This document shows positions 23,478-37,571 of a stretch of 64,000 nt of DNA, piece by piece. Origin of the DNA: Carcharhinus longimanus (Eukaryota); the NCBI GenBank assembly GCA_030264375.1, contig JASCQW010000001.1, positions 71,110,188 through 71,174,187 of the forward strand, given 5' to 3'. The first letter of the stretch is position 1. Every line of letters starts with the position of its first letter. The position numbers and the translations under genes are program-made. The notes below the pieces were generated by a model. The model was not told the DNA's origin. It was given only the letters and a program-made list of their open reading frames with translations, and did no database searches.

Positions 23478-24721
23478 ACAGCAATGGCCCTGCAAATCAT
23501 GTTGAAGTAATGCATGCCATTAAAATCATCACATGGAATTTATTTAAAGTCTTCAAACGTTTCTGTTCAGTTTCATCTGTACGCTGATAATTCTAACATA
23601 TTTCACCACTTAACTAATGATTACCCATATTTGCTGCATCGTACATTCCAATTCATATGATGGCAAACAATCAGAGATAGAAGTGCTAGCGTCAGCTACT
23701 GGATGGCAGCAACAGTCTAATCAGATCATTTAGTCTTAGATGTTTCTTCATAAAAAGATGCGTTTCACTATCTCACTCCATTAGCAACTGATAGCACTGA
23801 CATTGGAATTGGTTGGTTTCAATGTTGGATAGCTGAAGTTCATTTTATTTCAATCTTCTGGTCTGATGCCAAAAGTAACTTCTTACCCCAACAATTTAAA
23901 AAGATAGTTAGCAAGTCCTTTACTAAAACACAGCCTTTAATTAGACATGCATTTATTTGACTTTTGAAATGCGGAATTCTATCCTAATTGTTCTGAGCTT
24001 CGACATATGTTCTCCGGTCCGATTTCTGTCAGAATTTTAATTGGGGTGAAATCATTCTGTGCTGCTCCTTCTTAGCAGTTGGGAAGTTTTCATTCACCAC
24101 CACAGTTCATTTCATGAAGTGTTCACATTACAGTCACCTCCAGCTATAGCTTGTTGTTATGCCATTTGCAAAAGCTCCAGACAGAATATCTAGATATTTG
24201 TCCGTTCAACTTTTGAATGGGTCACATTCATCCCTGGAAAAGTTAAAGTAGCACATGACAGTAAGTCGCATGTAGCATGTGATGGAATGAATTCCATTTC
24301 CCATAACATCCCAATTAAAACTTATGATCAACAAGCCCACTAGTATTTCACAATAAAAGCAACAGATTGTGTCCATTTTCACATTTGGTTAACATCAGTT
24401 GGAAAGGCAGAAACTCACTTAACAAAACTGCCCCTCAATATTCAGGATTAATGGCAGCTGGCCCGAGGTTAAAAACTGATACAACCCACAAACATCCTAA
24501 GGATTGTTGAACTCAGCAACCATTCCCATGCTACACAATCCAAAGCAAACAGCAGGGGATTTTCACAGTAGCTTCATTGCAGTGTTAATGTAAGCCTACT
24601 TGTCACTAATAAATAAACTTTACATACAATGCATCAATCTTCACTGAGGAGCCCTCTTGATTGACTGCTGCAGCTATAATTGAAGAGGCAGGTGAACTCC
24701 AGAGAATGATTTTGATAGCAT

Positions 24722-25032
24722 GTGGGCGGCACAGTGGTTCACACTGCTGCCTTACAGCAGAGCGACCTGAGTTCAATTCCCTTCTCAGGTGACCCCCGTT
24801 TGTGTGGAGTTTGCACATTCTCCCCGTATCTGTGTGGGTTTCCTTCATATGCTCCAGTTTCCTCCCACACTCCAAAGATGTCCAGGTTAGGTTGTTTGGC
24901 CATGCTAAACTGCCTCTTAGATTAGCAGGATAAATATGTGGGGTCATGGGGATAGGGCCTGGGTGGTATTGTTGGTGGTGCAGCCTTGATTGGCCAAATG
25001 GCCTCCTTCTGCACTGTGGGGATTTCTGATTT
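24722..25032 (+). mobile_element. HE1-type V-SINE
   Basis: GCGGCACAGTGGTT head, V-core, GGCCAAATGGCCTCCTTCTGCACTGT tail. Confidence 0.85.
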
Positions 25033-27134
25033 CCACATTCTCCTATGGCTTCAGCAGCACTTTAGCTTATGTTGCAGGGCACAAGTGGAAGAACACAGAA
25101 ATTCACCTCCAAAGTGTTTTAATGCAAGATCAGGGACATTGGTGGAAAGATTAAGTGAAATTTTCCCTCAATTTGTTGATAATGGACTGTGTTCCAGATG
25201 TCCAATTTTATAGCTCTTTCAGTTACTGAGAAAATCTTTTTAACAAAGTCCCATATGTTTCTATTACTTGATGCCTATTCAGTGTGTCATTACATCCACC
25301 AGCATTCTCTCCAGAGAGAAAGAAGATTACAGCTGTTTATTGGCACTGCAAAATTACAATGTTGACCCAGGCTTTAAAATACTTCATTGGCAGTGGAACA
25401 CTTTGGGATGTTCAGTGATCACGAAGGGCGACATATAAATGTGAAAGCATAATATAAGGATTCTGGAGCTCTAAAATAAAAACAAAAAGTGCGAGAAATA
25501 CTCAACTGGGCTGGTAGCATCTGTGAAGAGATAGACCAAGTATATGGGCCAAATTTTCACTCCCAAGTCGGGAGTGCAGAGTTGGGAAGTTTTCCATCTC
25601 TGCGAGCCTCACTTGGGAGAAATTGCCCCATACCACTGGATTTGCATTCTGCAGTGGTGATTGCTAACTGGAATTGGGCCCACTAACCCTGGGAACAGTG
25701 CGATGGTAGCCATGGGCTGCTGAGTGCCAGGATTGTCTGTTTAAAAGGCCCATCATGGTACTCTGAGCCTTCACTTTGGTAGGAGCAACAGATGTGTGGA
25801 GTATAGGGCTAACGGGAGGACTTTNNNNNNNNNNNNNNNNNNNNNNNNNNNNNNNNNNNNNNNNNNNNNNNNNNNNNNNNNNNNNNNNNNNNNNNNNNNN
25901 NNNNTCCTTATACCCTCCATGCCAACCTGCACTGTATCCACCATGTGCAGACCTCAGGAGCCATGCTGAGATGAAATAAAGTTAAGTTCTAAGTGTCTAT
26001 TACAGACTTCATTGTATTAAAAAGAAGCACATTCTCATTGATAGAAATTCATTCAACATTTAAATTGCTCTCGGTAAACAATCCCTTATTTGTATTCATA
26101 GTCTTACATTCAAAGACAGCTCATCTCTTTATGGCCACTTGGAACTGTCAATCAAACTATGAAATTATAGCCCGCCTCTCCCCCACGTGATAATGCTAGG
26201 TTGTAGAAGCAGTCAAACAGCACTAATTCTACAATGATAACCCTCAGGTTTATGTCAACAAACAGCTTGTATCACTGCAAGTACTGACTTTTCTTCCAAC
26301 AACGTTTTTTTCTCAAAAATTTAAAGAGCAAAGGATTTAGGTGACTTGACAGATCGGCACTTCCACTGACCTTTTATGAACATTCATGTTTACTCTGAAC
26401 AATCCCACAGGGTACCTATTCCCTTCCAGACATATATTTTATTTATCCAAAAGGATATCTGACACCTCCAAAGAATTTCACAAAGTTTAGACCTTTTTCT
26501 CAGATGTATAAAGCTCACAGGTCATGTTTTGGAACGTTAGCTGATGAAAATTGCCTCTGTTTGAAGTTAACTACACTTTTAAATGTGCAACTGCCACTGC
26601 AAAATCACAGATATATGAAATACTTCCATCTTAAATGGTAGGTGCTTGATATGGGAGCGGGACTTCCAGAATTGGGGATCTGGCGCCATTCTGGCTAAGG
26701 CTTGGAGCCATTTCCATCTTTGCAAAAGTTCGGATCTACGTTTCAGATTGCTGACCATTTGTCAGAACTGTCTGACAGAAGGTCAACAACCTGAAAAGTT
26801 GTTTCTCCACAAATGGTATATAAAAGCAAGTTCATCTTTCTCACTTGACTCTCCTGACCTCTGGATCAGCGACAAAACCCACACCTGTTAATTATTAGGT
26901 TACAATATATAGATATAAACAATGATCTGCTTGTCAGGCAGATTTAGAAGCATATGGAGCAGGAGAATGCCAAAATTACTTTGGCAAGATCCGCACTGGG
27001 TAAAATGTGGTGAATGCAAAAATCAGTAAATATATAAATTAATGGACATTTTTATCATGTATAATTAATAAGAAAGATATCTCATAGGAATATTACAATT
27101 ATTGTAATAATTGACCACATTGCATCATTATTAA

Positions 27135-27660
27135 CAGTGACAGCCTTGGCTCATCTGAGCCAGAAGTTTTAGACTTTAAAAATCCACATCTGGATTTGAG
27201 TATCCCAATTCTTGCAGTACTGATACCACAGTCAGTGGTACTGCCTTTAGGATGAGACGTTACATGTCAGTCTTTTCAGCTGAATGTAGAGATTGCTCAG
27301 GCCACTGTTCAAAGATGAGTAGGGAACTCCCTTGGCATTCATGCCAACACTCATTCTTTAATCAATTCTCATACTATATTCTGCACCCTAACCTTTCCTT
27401 TTCCTCCATGTACTTTATGAGCGGTATGTATTGTCTGTATAGCACAAAAAAATTATACTTTTCACTGTATACATGTGGCAATAATAAATCAAATCAAATC
27501 CCAGTAAAAACAGGCTAGACATTCATCTCTTTTCATGTTTGTAGTAGCTTGGGGGTAAGCAATTTTTTTTGCACTTTCCTACAACAGTGGATATGTTTCA
27601 AGAATAACTGTCTGAATGTAAAACACTTTAAAATATCCTAAGAAGATGAAAATGTGCAAC
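27135..27660 (+). mobile_element. DeuSINE-like SINE interrupted by a Rex1/Babar 3' UTR (~27345-27500)
   Basis: CTTTAGGATGAGACGTTA Deu-like core; insert ends CAATAATAAATCAAATCAAATC. Confidence 0.6.
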
Positions 27661-30600
27661 ATCCACTCAATCTCAGTAGTAAGTCAAAACCAAATGTTTT
27701 CTAAAGCCATGCAGGGTTACTGGTTCACGGTAACTGAATAAGTTAAATTCCATTTTTATTACAGATAATTATCACATTTTCCAGATATTTTTCCACCAGT
27801 GTTTTGGAATTAAATTTCACGATTTCATCATTTTTTTCTCTGTGAAGCTACAAAACAGCAGCTTTGAACATACACTTAAAGGGGCCCTCACATCATGGCA
27901 AAATGTTTTGTTTGCAAATACACTATTCAATGATGCGAACCATGTTGAGACTCACTGGGGAGGTTGAGAATTCGATCTCCAAGCTGTACTGACAAACTAG
28001 TCCCAGTTGGGGTGACAATTTGACATCTTAAAATAGGCTTCAGGGCTTCTGAATCAGAGTTTCAAACCTCATGAAAGGTAGGTTAATGAGGTCCTATCTC
28101 CCACCTGGCAGCTAGTCAAATGGACTGACTGCTTTGAAAATGTGAGAGAAAACCAACAGCAGGAGTCTGCACCCAGGGAACTTTGGCCATCATTTCCAAC
28201 AATCAAAGTCTGGGGAGGGACCTACAATTGTGAGGTCATGAGAAGCTGCCAATCAGCATAGCTGAGTGAGGCCTAGGGTTGGCTTACTTAAAGCCTGAAG
28301 AGAGTACTCCTCCTCCTCCGGGTCCAGAAGTTGCTGGAATTGTTTGGAATGGTAGGGTTCCCTTTTTGAGAGGAAAGGTAGCATTTTCATTATGATCCTA
28401 AGACATCTTTGGGGGAGGTCAGGGAGCAATAAGTTGCCCTTTGGTAGAAGTAAGGCGCACTTTGGGATTATTGAAAATAGACAAGTGTGTGCATTAAGTG
28501 CATAGACTTAATGGAATTGTCATGATCATGGGAACAGTCAAGAACATTGGAACTGTCAAGATAGCTGCCAAACTGGCAAGGGATTTTAAATCTCCTTCCC
28601 TTAAAATTAATTGCAAAATATCAATCTACGGTATTAAAAAAAAATCAGAGCTTGAAAAATCAGTATCTGTTGACTTATACCTGAAGGTTATCACTACATG
28701 ATTATGCTGCATGACTGATTTCACAACCTTTTGTTATCACAGTGGGGATGCCTGCCAGTTCACATTTTGATTGAGAACTCCAAGTGGTTATAAACTCTTT
28801 TTGAAGTGGGACTATAAATACAAATGTTTGTTTTCCTAAAAGATTGAAGGACTTTAGATATTTACGTTTTTGAATCACTAGTATTTTGTTTGTAAAGTAA
28901 AGTAAAGTTTATTTAGTCACAAGGAGGCTTACATTAACACCACAATGAAGTAATTGTGAAAATCCCCTAGTTGCCACACTGTGGTGCCTGTTCAGGTACA
29001 CTAAGGGAGAATTTAGCATGGTCAATGCACCTAACCAATAGTGAATTCAGCAATAGATACTTGTGAACTTTATTTAAGTCTTTGCCTGGATCCTAAGGTC
29101 TGCCAATGAAGGATACTGGGTGAGTTGGCATGGTAGGTATAAGTGCAAAGAGCGATGAATGGGAAATATGGATTGGCTTGTGGTGTCAGTTCTTTGAAAA
29201 TTATGAGGAGCCGTTGAGTTTGGGTGAACTGCATAGGGGCTTCGAAAGGGCAATCGGAGAGTGGGTGGAGGAACATAGTTTGGCAAGGAAGTGTAAGGAA
29301 TCATGGAGTGGGTCAGTGGGGTGAGGATTGGAAGGCTGTTTTTTGGTTTTATTGATTTTATTCATAGCCTCAACCAAGTCCTGGTGATTTGTGGTCACAT
29401 TTCCCTCAGATCACCTCCACGCCCAGCAGCCTCTGAGCTCTTTCTGGGGTTGCCCACGACAGCTCCTATTTTCACCAATCACCTCTCCCAGAACACTCTT
29501 ATCCAGGTCTGGTCTGTGGAACTGGGAATTGTTCCAACTCTGCACTCCCAATCAAGGAGCAATAATTCAGACCTAAATGTACAAAGAAAAACCAAGTTAA
29601 AGGGTCATACCTACTTTATCCAACTTTCCCCTCCCTTAAGGACTCTAATTTTGTAACATTTCACTGCCCACAATTTATGCACATAGCCTGAAAATAAGGT
29701 CCATTCTGATGAAATATGAATGTTTCCCAACCCTGAATATAAAACAAAATAACATGAACTTTGCTTTCCATCTAATTATTATGGTGACTGATCTTCAGTC
29801 TTTGATTCTAATGCAACAAATCTCCAGTATTAATGTCCTTCACTTTGAGCACAGCTTCCACCCAAAAGCTTGTATATTATGCATATAAAATGCAATTACT
29901 TTTCACTTTATACTTTCTATTGCATTCTGTCATTATATTAAATCTTAATACTTGGGTTTCATGTTTTTATCATTAAGTAAGGAGCAGCTCAGTTGAGGGG
30001 TTAAAAAATAAAATTCTAACACAGGTGATACAATAAATCTTCAGTTCCTTTATTACTGTTTTGTTATTCATTTATTTCACAAGTTGAATTCCTGAAAATA
30101 TAAGGGTGAATTTTTGCCATACCTTTACTTGGTGGGACTGCTAGTTGGAAAATCAGGTACAAAGTTCAATGTGCCTGATTGTACAGAACATCAACGCACA
30201 ATATAGAAAGAGAATGTGATGAACAGCCATGTGGTGTGAGTTACATTCCACAATTGGCCTGATCTGACACCTCAGTGCTGACAAAATGGGACCAGCTGTA
30301 TAAAATGCCATCCCATTATCTATTCTCTATATCTTATCTATACCTTAGAAAAGTAATTAAAATTAAAAATATAGACATGAGGCAGAAATATTAACGTCAA
30401 ATATAAATTCACGGAAACATGAATATTAGATTGGTTTTATGGTGTGACCTTTAAAGTTAAAATTTAAAGTTTATTCATGTCACAAGGAGGCATATATTCA
30501 CACTGCAGTGAAAATCCCTTAGGCACCACACTCTGGTCCCCAATTGGGTACTCTGAGGGTAAATTTAGCATGGCCAATGCACTAACTAGTGAGACTTGAG

Positions 30601-31458
30601 ACAGGTTTTCTCCCAGTTATTCTTAATTTTGATCTTATTTCTGCCAAATACGAAAACCATTTTACAAAAGGAATATCATTGTTTGTGGTGCAAGCCTTGT
30701 ATTTGTCCAATTAATTGCAATTGGAAGTATACTGATTCATCCTCCTTGTTTGCAATCAGTGCACTCCACTTACTTGGCTCCTGGAACAGCTTTGCCTCAC
30801 TTTTGGCTTTGACCATTTGATACAAATCAGGCTGGAATCTGGGTAGTGTATATGATGTAACCATCATTTCACACAGCTGTTAACGTTTTGTATTCAACGT
30901 GTGAAGATACTTCATCTAAATCTGCCTGTAATCAGTTGACAGGCACTAATACAATTAGAAACACATGGAGAAACAAGTGAATAGTCATGTTCTCAGAGGT
31001 TTGCAGAGCTGAAGTTTCTTGGAGCTTATGTGTCTGGCTAAGCTGAAGCTGTTTGCACTATCTATGCTGTTCGTCACCTATATTTTCTATATTTCCTGTT
31101 TTCATTTTGTTTTCTCCCTTGCTTTTGACACCTTTCTTCTGTTTCTGAAACCAATGAGAAAACCAATATAATGACCCTAGCTCCCATCATTAGAGAAGGG
31201 AAGTGGGCTTCATTTTTAGCTCTTTCAAAGAGTCAACACAGNNNNNNNNNNNNNNNTGAATGGCCTCCATCTGAGATATCTAAGCCAGATTAGCTCCATG
31301 TTGAAAGAATTTGGAATCTGTGACATTGGTAAATATGCAGCGGGAAAGAAATGAAACATGTCTTTTGAAGAGCAATTTACAGTGCCACCATGAATAGTGG
31401 ATATGTTGAATAAATTAGTTTGCAAATATATAGTATATATAGACCCAACAATATAGAC

Positions 31459-31760
31459 AAAAGAACAAAGAAAATTACAGCACAGGAATAGGCCCTTCGG
31501 CTCTCCAAGTCTGGACTTCTCATGCTGCCCATCTGAATTGTAACCCCCTACCTTCCGGGGACTATAACCCTCTATTCCCATCCTATTCATGCATCAAGAT
31601 GCCTCTGAAAAGTCATTATTGTATCTGCTTCCACTACTTCCCCTGCTAACAAGTTCCAGATACCCACCACCCTCTGTATATAAAAAAACAACTTGCCTCA
31701 TACTTCTTGTTCAAATCTTGCCCCTCGCGCCTTAAACCTCTGCCCCCCAGTAATTGACTC
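31459..31760 (-). mobile_element. CR1/HER1-like 3' end
   Basis: AAAGAACAAAGAAAATTACAGCACAGGAA tail; collinear with 57274-57570. Confidence 0.85.
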
Positions 31761-32624
31761 AAATTGAGTGGAGGATTGATAGGTGCTGACTTCTCAACTC
31801 CAGCCCAACCATGCTGTCGTTGATGGCCTGGATATCCTCCTCTCCCGACTGCTTCAGCGTCCACTCCTCAAAGGGGGTGAGGACTCGGCAGTCGGACTAC
31901 TTTAAGAACTTTAATTTACACCATAATTCATGTCATAATTTACATCAGTATTGCCATTGATCATTTATGCTGAAGTTTTCTAGGAATAGTATTTGCCAGG
32001 ACAGAAACAGCAGCACAAAGGAAGCAAAAATCAGCAGCAACAATTCAAGTCCAGGACTTGAACTTTAGTATCCTGCAGATGCTGGCAATCTGGAATTAAA
32101 CAGAAGATGCAGGAAATATTCAGCGCATGAGGCATCAGATTTAATAATGCAGGTCAATAAACCTACATCAGAATCCATTAAATAGCGAAATCTCATCAGA
32201 CTGTTGAATGCCGTTAGCAATCCTTCATCTAATTAACACTTTGTATTATTGCTTCTCGGCTTTTGACTGGGATCAAGTGTCAGACCAAACCCAGGATGGG
32301 GTGCAATGCCTTGTCTCGTCAGCTTGGATCTTGTTTGTCTCTCTTGTGGGGACAATGAATTGGATTGAATTTGAAATTGGTTCCTGGAGCAGATAAAAAG
32401 ATGACTTGTGCCTGTCTGGTCCACTCTGTGCAAATTTTTTTTAAAAATCAAAAGAACAACTAACAAATTTTGATTCAAATGTTTTGCTAAAAATATGTGT
32501 TGCTGAAAAAAGGGACATTAAGGACATTCACAAGGGAAATCAACACATTTAGAATCGTAGGATCCCTACAGTGTAGAAGAAAGCCATTCGGCCCATAAGG
32601 GCTTTACCAACTCTCCGAAAGAGA

Positions 32625-33125
32625 GAGAAGTGGCTCTGAACTTGCCTTTGCATAGATGGTTTGAACGTTTGTACAGTTCATTCTGCTAACCCATTGGAAG
32701 CTGGGTGATAAGGGGCCAACTAATTGTAGCGAATACCTTTCAACTTAACAAATTTTCGTAACTCCTCCGATGTAAATGCTGTACCGTTATCTGGCACTAA
32801 GACCTCTGGGATGTCATGAAAGGCTGTAATCTGCCGCAACTTGGCAAAGGTGGCTGTGGCCATTGTAGACTTCATCAATTAAACAGTCAGCCATATAGAG
32901 TGAACATCAACCAGGATAAGGAACATATATCCCATGAACAGACCTGCAAAAGCAATATGCAGCCTTAATGATGGCCAACTTGGCCATTCCTATGGATGCA
33001 TATTTGTCAGTATTGGCAATGACTGCTGGTCTTCACAAGTCAGGCACTGGCTGACCATTCTCTCGATTTCTTTATCAATGCCTGACCATGTCCGTCCTGA
33101 CTGCTTCACTCTGAACCATGCTTGT
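32625..33125 (-). pseudogene. Gypsy/Ty3 LTR-retrotransposon integrase fragment (Zn-binding region and rve core), degenerate
   Basis: Minus strand WSGIDKEIERMVSQCLTC..HP*EWP..RLHIAFAGLFMGYMFLILVD..IPEVLVPDNGTAFTSEE..APYHPASNGLAE, with stops. Confidence 0.9.
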
Positions 33126-33640
33126 AAATGACCTTTTCCTCTTACAATGGAACCCCCGGCAGATTTATCAACTGGTACATTATGATAAGGGCGTTCATTT
33201 GACTGCTCCATTTCTAAGATGAAACCTGAGCGCAGATTGGAACCCATTAAGACATGCAAAGAAATGATTACATGCTGCTGCAGATTTAAATATAGCAAAC
33301 AGAGGTGTCACTCTATCAAAGACACATTTCGCATGGAACCCAACAAATACGTTTCCGAGAACTAGGCCTAGAAGGCATCCTGTGGCAACACCAAAGGATA
33401 ATGTGATTGGTCTTTCCTTGCTGCCAAGGGAATGGTCTCTCTATAGAGTCTTGAGGGTAGTAGAGACAAGCAGAAAAGTCTCTGTGAAACTTTTTTCACA
33501 TGGCTCTCATCACTTGGTCCAACAGCAATGTCTCCATATGCATTCATGTATGAACAAGAAGAACATACATCTCTGGTCCTCCAGGATATCTTTCAAAAAG
33601 GGATGGGGTGGGGATGTTATGTCTAGATGTGAATGGCTGA

Positions 33641-34095
33641 AGAACAAAGAAAAGTATTGCACAGGAACAGACCCTTCAGCCCTCTAGGCCAATACCAATC
33701 AAGACGCCCTAACTAAACTAAAAAAAATCCTCCTGCCCTTAATCAGTCCATATCCTTCTATTTCCGCCCTATTCACGTACCTATCCAGATGCCTCTAGAT
33801 GTTGCTAGTGTACCTGTTTTCACCACCTCCTCTGGCAGCATGTTCTAGGCACCCACCACTCTCTGCGTGAAAAAACTTTCCTCATACATCTCCCTTAAAC
33901 TTTCCCCTCTCACCTTGAACCGATGCCACCTTATAATTGACACTTCCATTCTCGAAAAGGCCTCTGATTATCCACCCTATCTATGTCTTTCATAATTTTG
34001 TTGAGCTCCTATCAGGTCTCCCCTCAGCCTCCACCTTTCTAGTGAAAACAATCCTCCAGATCATTTATATAAACGACAAACAACAGAGGTCTGAG
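33641..34095 (-). mobile_element. CR1-like 3' end
   Basis: AGAACAAAGAAAAGTATTGCACAGGAACAG tail; ORF2 C-terminal remnants. Confidence 0.8.
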
Positions 34096-34536
34096 CGCTG
34101 GCCTGCTAAATTTAAGATGGAGGAAAAGCTGTAAAGGACACGCTCACTAAATGTATTACTTTAGTTTGTTCACATATCTACTAAGGCATCAATGATGCAG
34201 ACTGCAGGCATCCCAGCTTTGGTAATGGCTCTCATCCAGAAGAGAAGGAGGAGGACATATCACAGGTTGGCTCAGGGCCAGGAGGAACAAGGGCTTCCAA
34301 GAAGTCAAGAGGCAGTGGGGTCTTTGCAAAATCAGGAGGCTGGCAAACCTGAATCACTGCAATAGCAAGTATTGGCCCGACTATAACTGGTGGGACTCTT
34401 ATATAAAGATGAGAGGCAATGCTGTGAATGCCCTCTTCTGTCATGGAATGTAGTTGCTCAGATTGGAGGGCTTTCCCAGTACAAACCATAGTCCCAAGGA
34501 CTCTGGAGGAGTGATGTGGAGCTGCAATGAGTGAAT

Positions 34537-34660
34537 GGCCAGAACTTTACCACCTTGCCTGCCACCGAAACAGCACGGGCAAGGGTCTGATAATGAAAAT
34601 CTCCATTTACCCCAGGCAGGAAGTTCCGGTCTCGCCAAGTGAAGCGGTAAAATCCTACCC
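34537..34660. mobile_element. MITE, Harbinger-like TIR family, copy D
   Basis: GGCCAGAACTTT...AAAATCCTACCC; opposite orientation to copies A/E; flanks AAT/ATT. Confidence 0.75.
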
Positions 34661-37093
34661 ATTGTCTGTCTGGGTGCCATTTAAATATGGCACCAGGACC
34701 TTCAACCCTATGAGGTAATAAGGGGGTGGGTGACTTCCTACCTGTCCCAGCACAAGATTTGCTGAGCCCCTCACAGATCCATAATATATATGAATTCAAA
34801 GGCAGTAGATCAGCTGTGTTCACCCACCTGGCAGGAATCATGACAGCTTTCCATCCACCACCACCCTCTTTCTCCATAATGGAAAATAATTAACTGATCA
34901 ACTGAGGGTATTTCTGACTAATGGTTTCGGTGAAGCCTTGGTACTCTCAGTGGGTTTGCTGGGCATATAATGATTGTGGCTGGTAAGGAGGTGGGGATGG
35001 GGCAAATGAGAGCCCATTGGATAGTTGCCGAGGAGAAGCAGAAGGACAGAAAAGTGCATATGGTTCTACCACAAATAAGTATTCAGCAGCCCAAAGTTTA
35101 GTTATAGGACCTCTTACAATTCTGTTTCCAGGCCAAAGAGGCTGAACTACAAACATTGACACATTGAGACTCATCGAACAATACTTCTCTGGCAATGTTG
35201 TAGACCACCCCTCACACATCTACAGAAATAAGATATTCTTCCTAATGTCTTCACTTACACCACTAAAGCCTCCAGTGCAATGTGCAAAAATCTGGGCACA
35301 TTGCCTATGGACACTTTTTGCCTTCCTGTGTACAGGAATCGGCTTTGGCTTAAGCGCGGCTGCTCAATGAAGACTTCAGTGTCCCTTAAAGAGGAGCAGG
35401 TTAGCTAGCAGGAACTGAGATTGCCCAAAATCCCAGCCTTTCATGGGTGAGATGCCCATTCTTGCACAAATCTTGTTGACAGCTCTCCTACCAAACTGAA
35501 ATGAGGTATTAAACCCGAAAAGAATTCATGCCACACACTGACAACTTTGGGCCAACAAAACCATCACCATGATCACTTCTTGTTCATTTTCGGTGTAATT
35601 CACAAGTCAATATTTTCCTTGAAATATGAAGTTTAATGAGAAAGTAGATGTAAGTATAAGCAGATAAGGAAGTGTGTTAGAAAGCATTAACAGACTGCTT
35701 CTTACTGCTCCTGTGTTAAAATATATTTGTGGAAGTTGGGCTATTACAATGAAAAAGTGCTCAAGTTCTTCCTAAACAAAAACAATCAGGAGCAACTTAG
35801 AGTTAATTCTTTTATCAGGCCTAAATGAGACAAGAGCAACCTTTTCAAAGAAAGGAATATTGTTCAGAGTGTTTTGATCTCCATAGCAACAGCGCAATAA
35901 CCACTGCCAGTTAATACATAATGCAGCAATCGCTCAGGGAGAGGGTATCAGGAAAAATGGAATGGCAACATTTATGTAGAAAAAAGACTAAAAATATCCC
36001 CATGAGTAGAGATGTCTTAACAAAATGCAGCTACCTGGAAATTAAGATTGTCATTGTATAAGGAGATGAGGATAATTTTTATCATGAAAGATAAAGATTG
36101 TCACTGCTGAGAAACCTATGCTGCAGGATATGGTGCACATAATGCATTTGCTTTGAAGCAATAAAACATGGCACAACTTGAGGAGGGGTAAGTTAGGTCC
36201 CTTGCAATAGAAACCACATAGTTAATTCATGGTTGATAGAACCTTGCACAACTTTTGTAATCCAGACAGATATTGACATGAGAATGTGCAGTAAAAGTTG
36301 TTGGTTGGAGCTAAAAATCCACCCAGTCATTAATGTCATCAGTGAAGGATGGGATGATACACTCTGGCCTTGACAGTGACAGTCACATTCCCAATAATAA
36401 ACAAAAGTAAATGCGGAATCTGGATTCTCACTCAACAGATTATTGAAGTTCTAAAGCAACACAGATGTTTGTATCAGTTCGAGGGTGAGAGTTACAAAAC
36501 GTAGGAATACTGGTACAGTCAGAAGAAATGTAAAACAGCTTATCATTTAACTAGGATTAACTATCATTCAGTTTACCCTCTTGTGTGAAGACAAAACTAT
36601 CTCCTACATTGCCAAATTGTGAGTGGAAACATTTTCCCACACTGCAAAGCTGGAATGCTGGGGAACTTCAGCCGGTGAAGAGTATTTCCTCAAACATGCC
36701 TCACGATGGTAATAGTAACAACAATGGATATTTTACGAGGAATTTTCTGGAAACTGTACATTTGATACATCCATCTGGTTAGGTGCAGATGCTGAACATG
36801 CAGCTGCAAGGTTGGAATGAGCCACTTATGAGCTTTTCACTGATGATGGAAACTACATATGTCAAAACATTTTGCATTCCAGCTTTCTGTATGTCAGCAT
36901 TTGGGTTCTTAAGATTCCCACTACTGTACTAACTTGTGTGCAGTAATTCACAATTTTTCTGATGGTTTTTCTGCAAACTAAAATTCCGAGCAGGAAAGCA
37001 CGTAAATTTTTTACAGTTAATCCCACAACAAGTGACATGTAGTCAAATGAAATGGTAAACAGGTACACAGAAGACAGGGAGAATGCACACAGG

Positions 37094-37414
37094 TGATTCA
37101 TAGAATCCTGCAGTGCAGAAGGAGGCCATTTGGCCCAACAAATCTGCACCGACAACAATCCCACCCAGGCTCTATCCCCATAATCCCATGTATTTACCCT
37201 GCTAGCCTCCCTGACATTGAGTGGTGATTTAGCATGGCCAACCAGCCTAACCCGCACATCTTTGGACTGTGGGAGGAAACCGGAGCACCCGGAGGAAACC
37301 CACACAGACATGCGGAGAACATGCAGACTCCACGCAGACAGTGACCTGAGGCCAAATTGAAACCGGGTGCCTGACGCTGTGAGGCAGCAGTGGTAACCAC
37401 TGTGCCAACATGCC
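37094..37414 (-). mobile_element. HE1-type V-SINE, well preserved
   Basis: Complete head, V-core and tail. Confidence 0.9.
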
Positions 37415-37571
37415 ATTGACTTTTGTCTGCATTGCAGCATGATTTCTTTTATAAATTTGGTTTGGGACATTTGTTTTGCGTTGGCTTTTATTTTTGCATG
37501 GTTGGCCAAGCAGATGCTGTGACAGAGGGAAGGAATGGTGTCGGACTGTTGGTGAATCATGAAATGTGTTT

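Noticed and set aside
36862-37560. Longest gap-free ORF (232 aa)
   Set aside because: Reads through an HE1 SINE; no recognisable domain.
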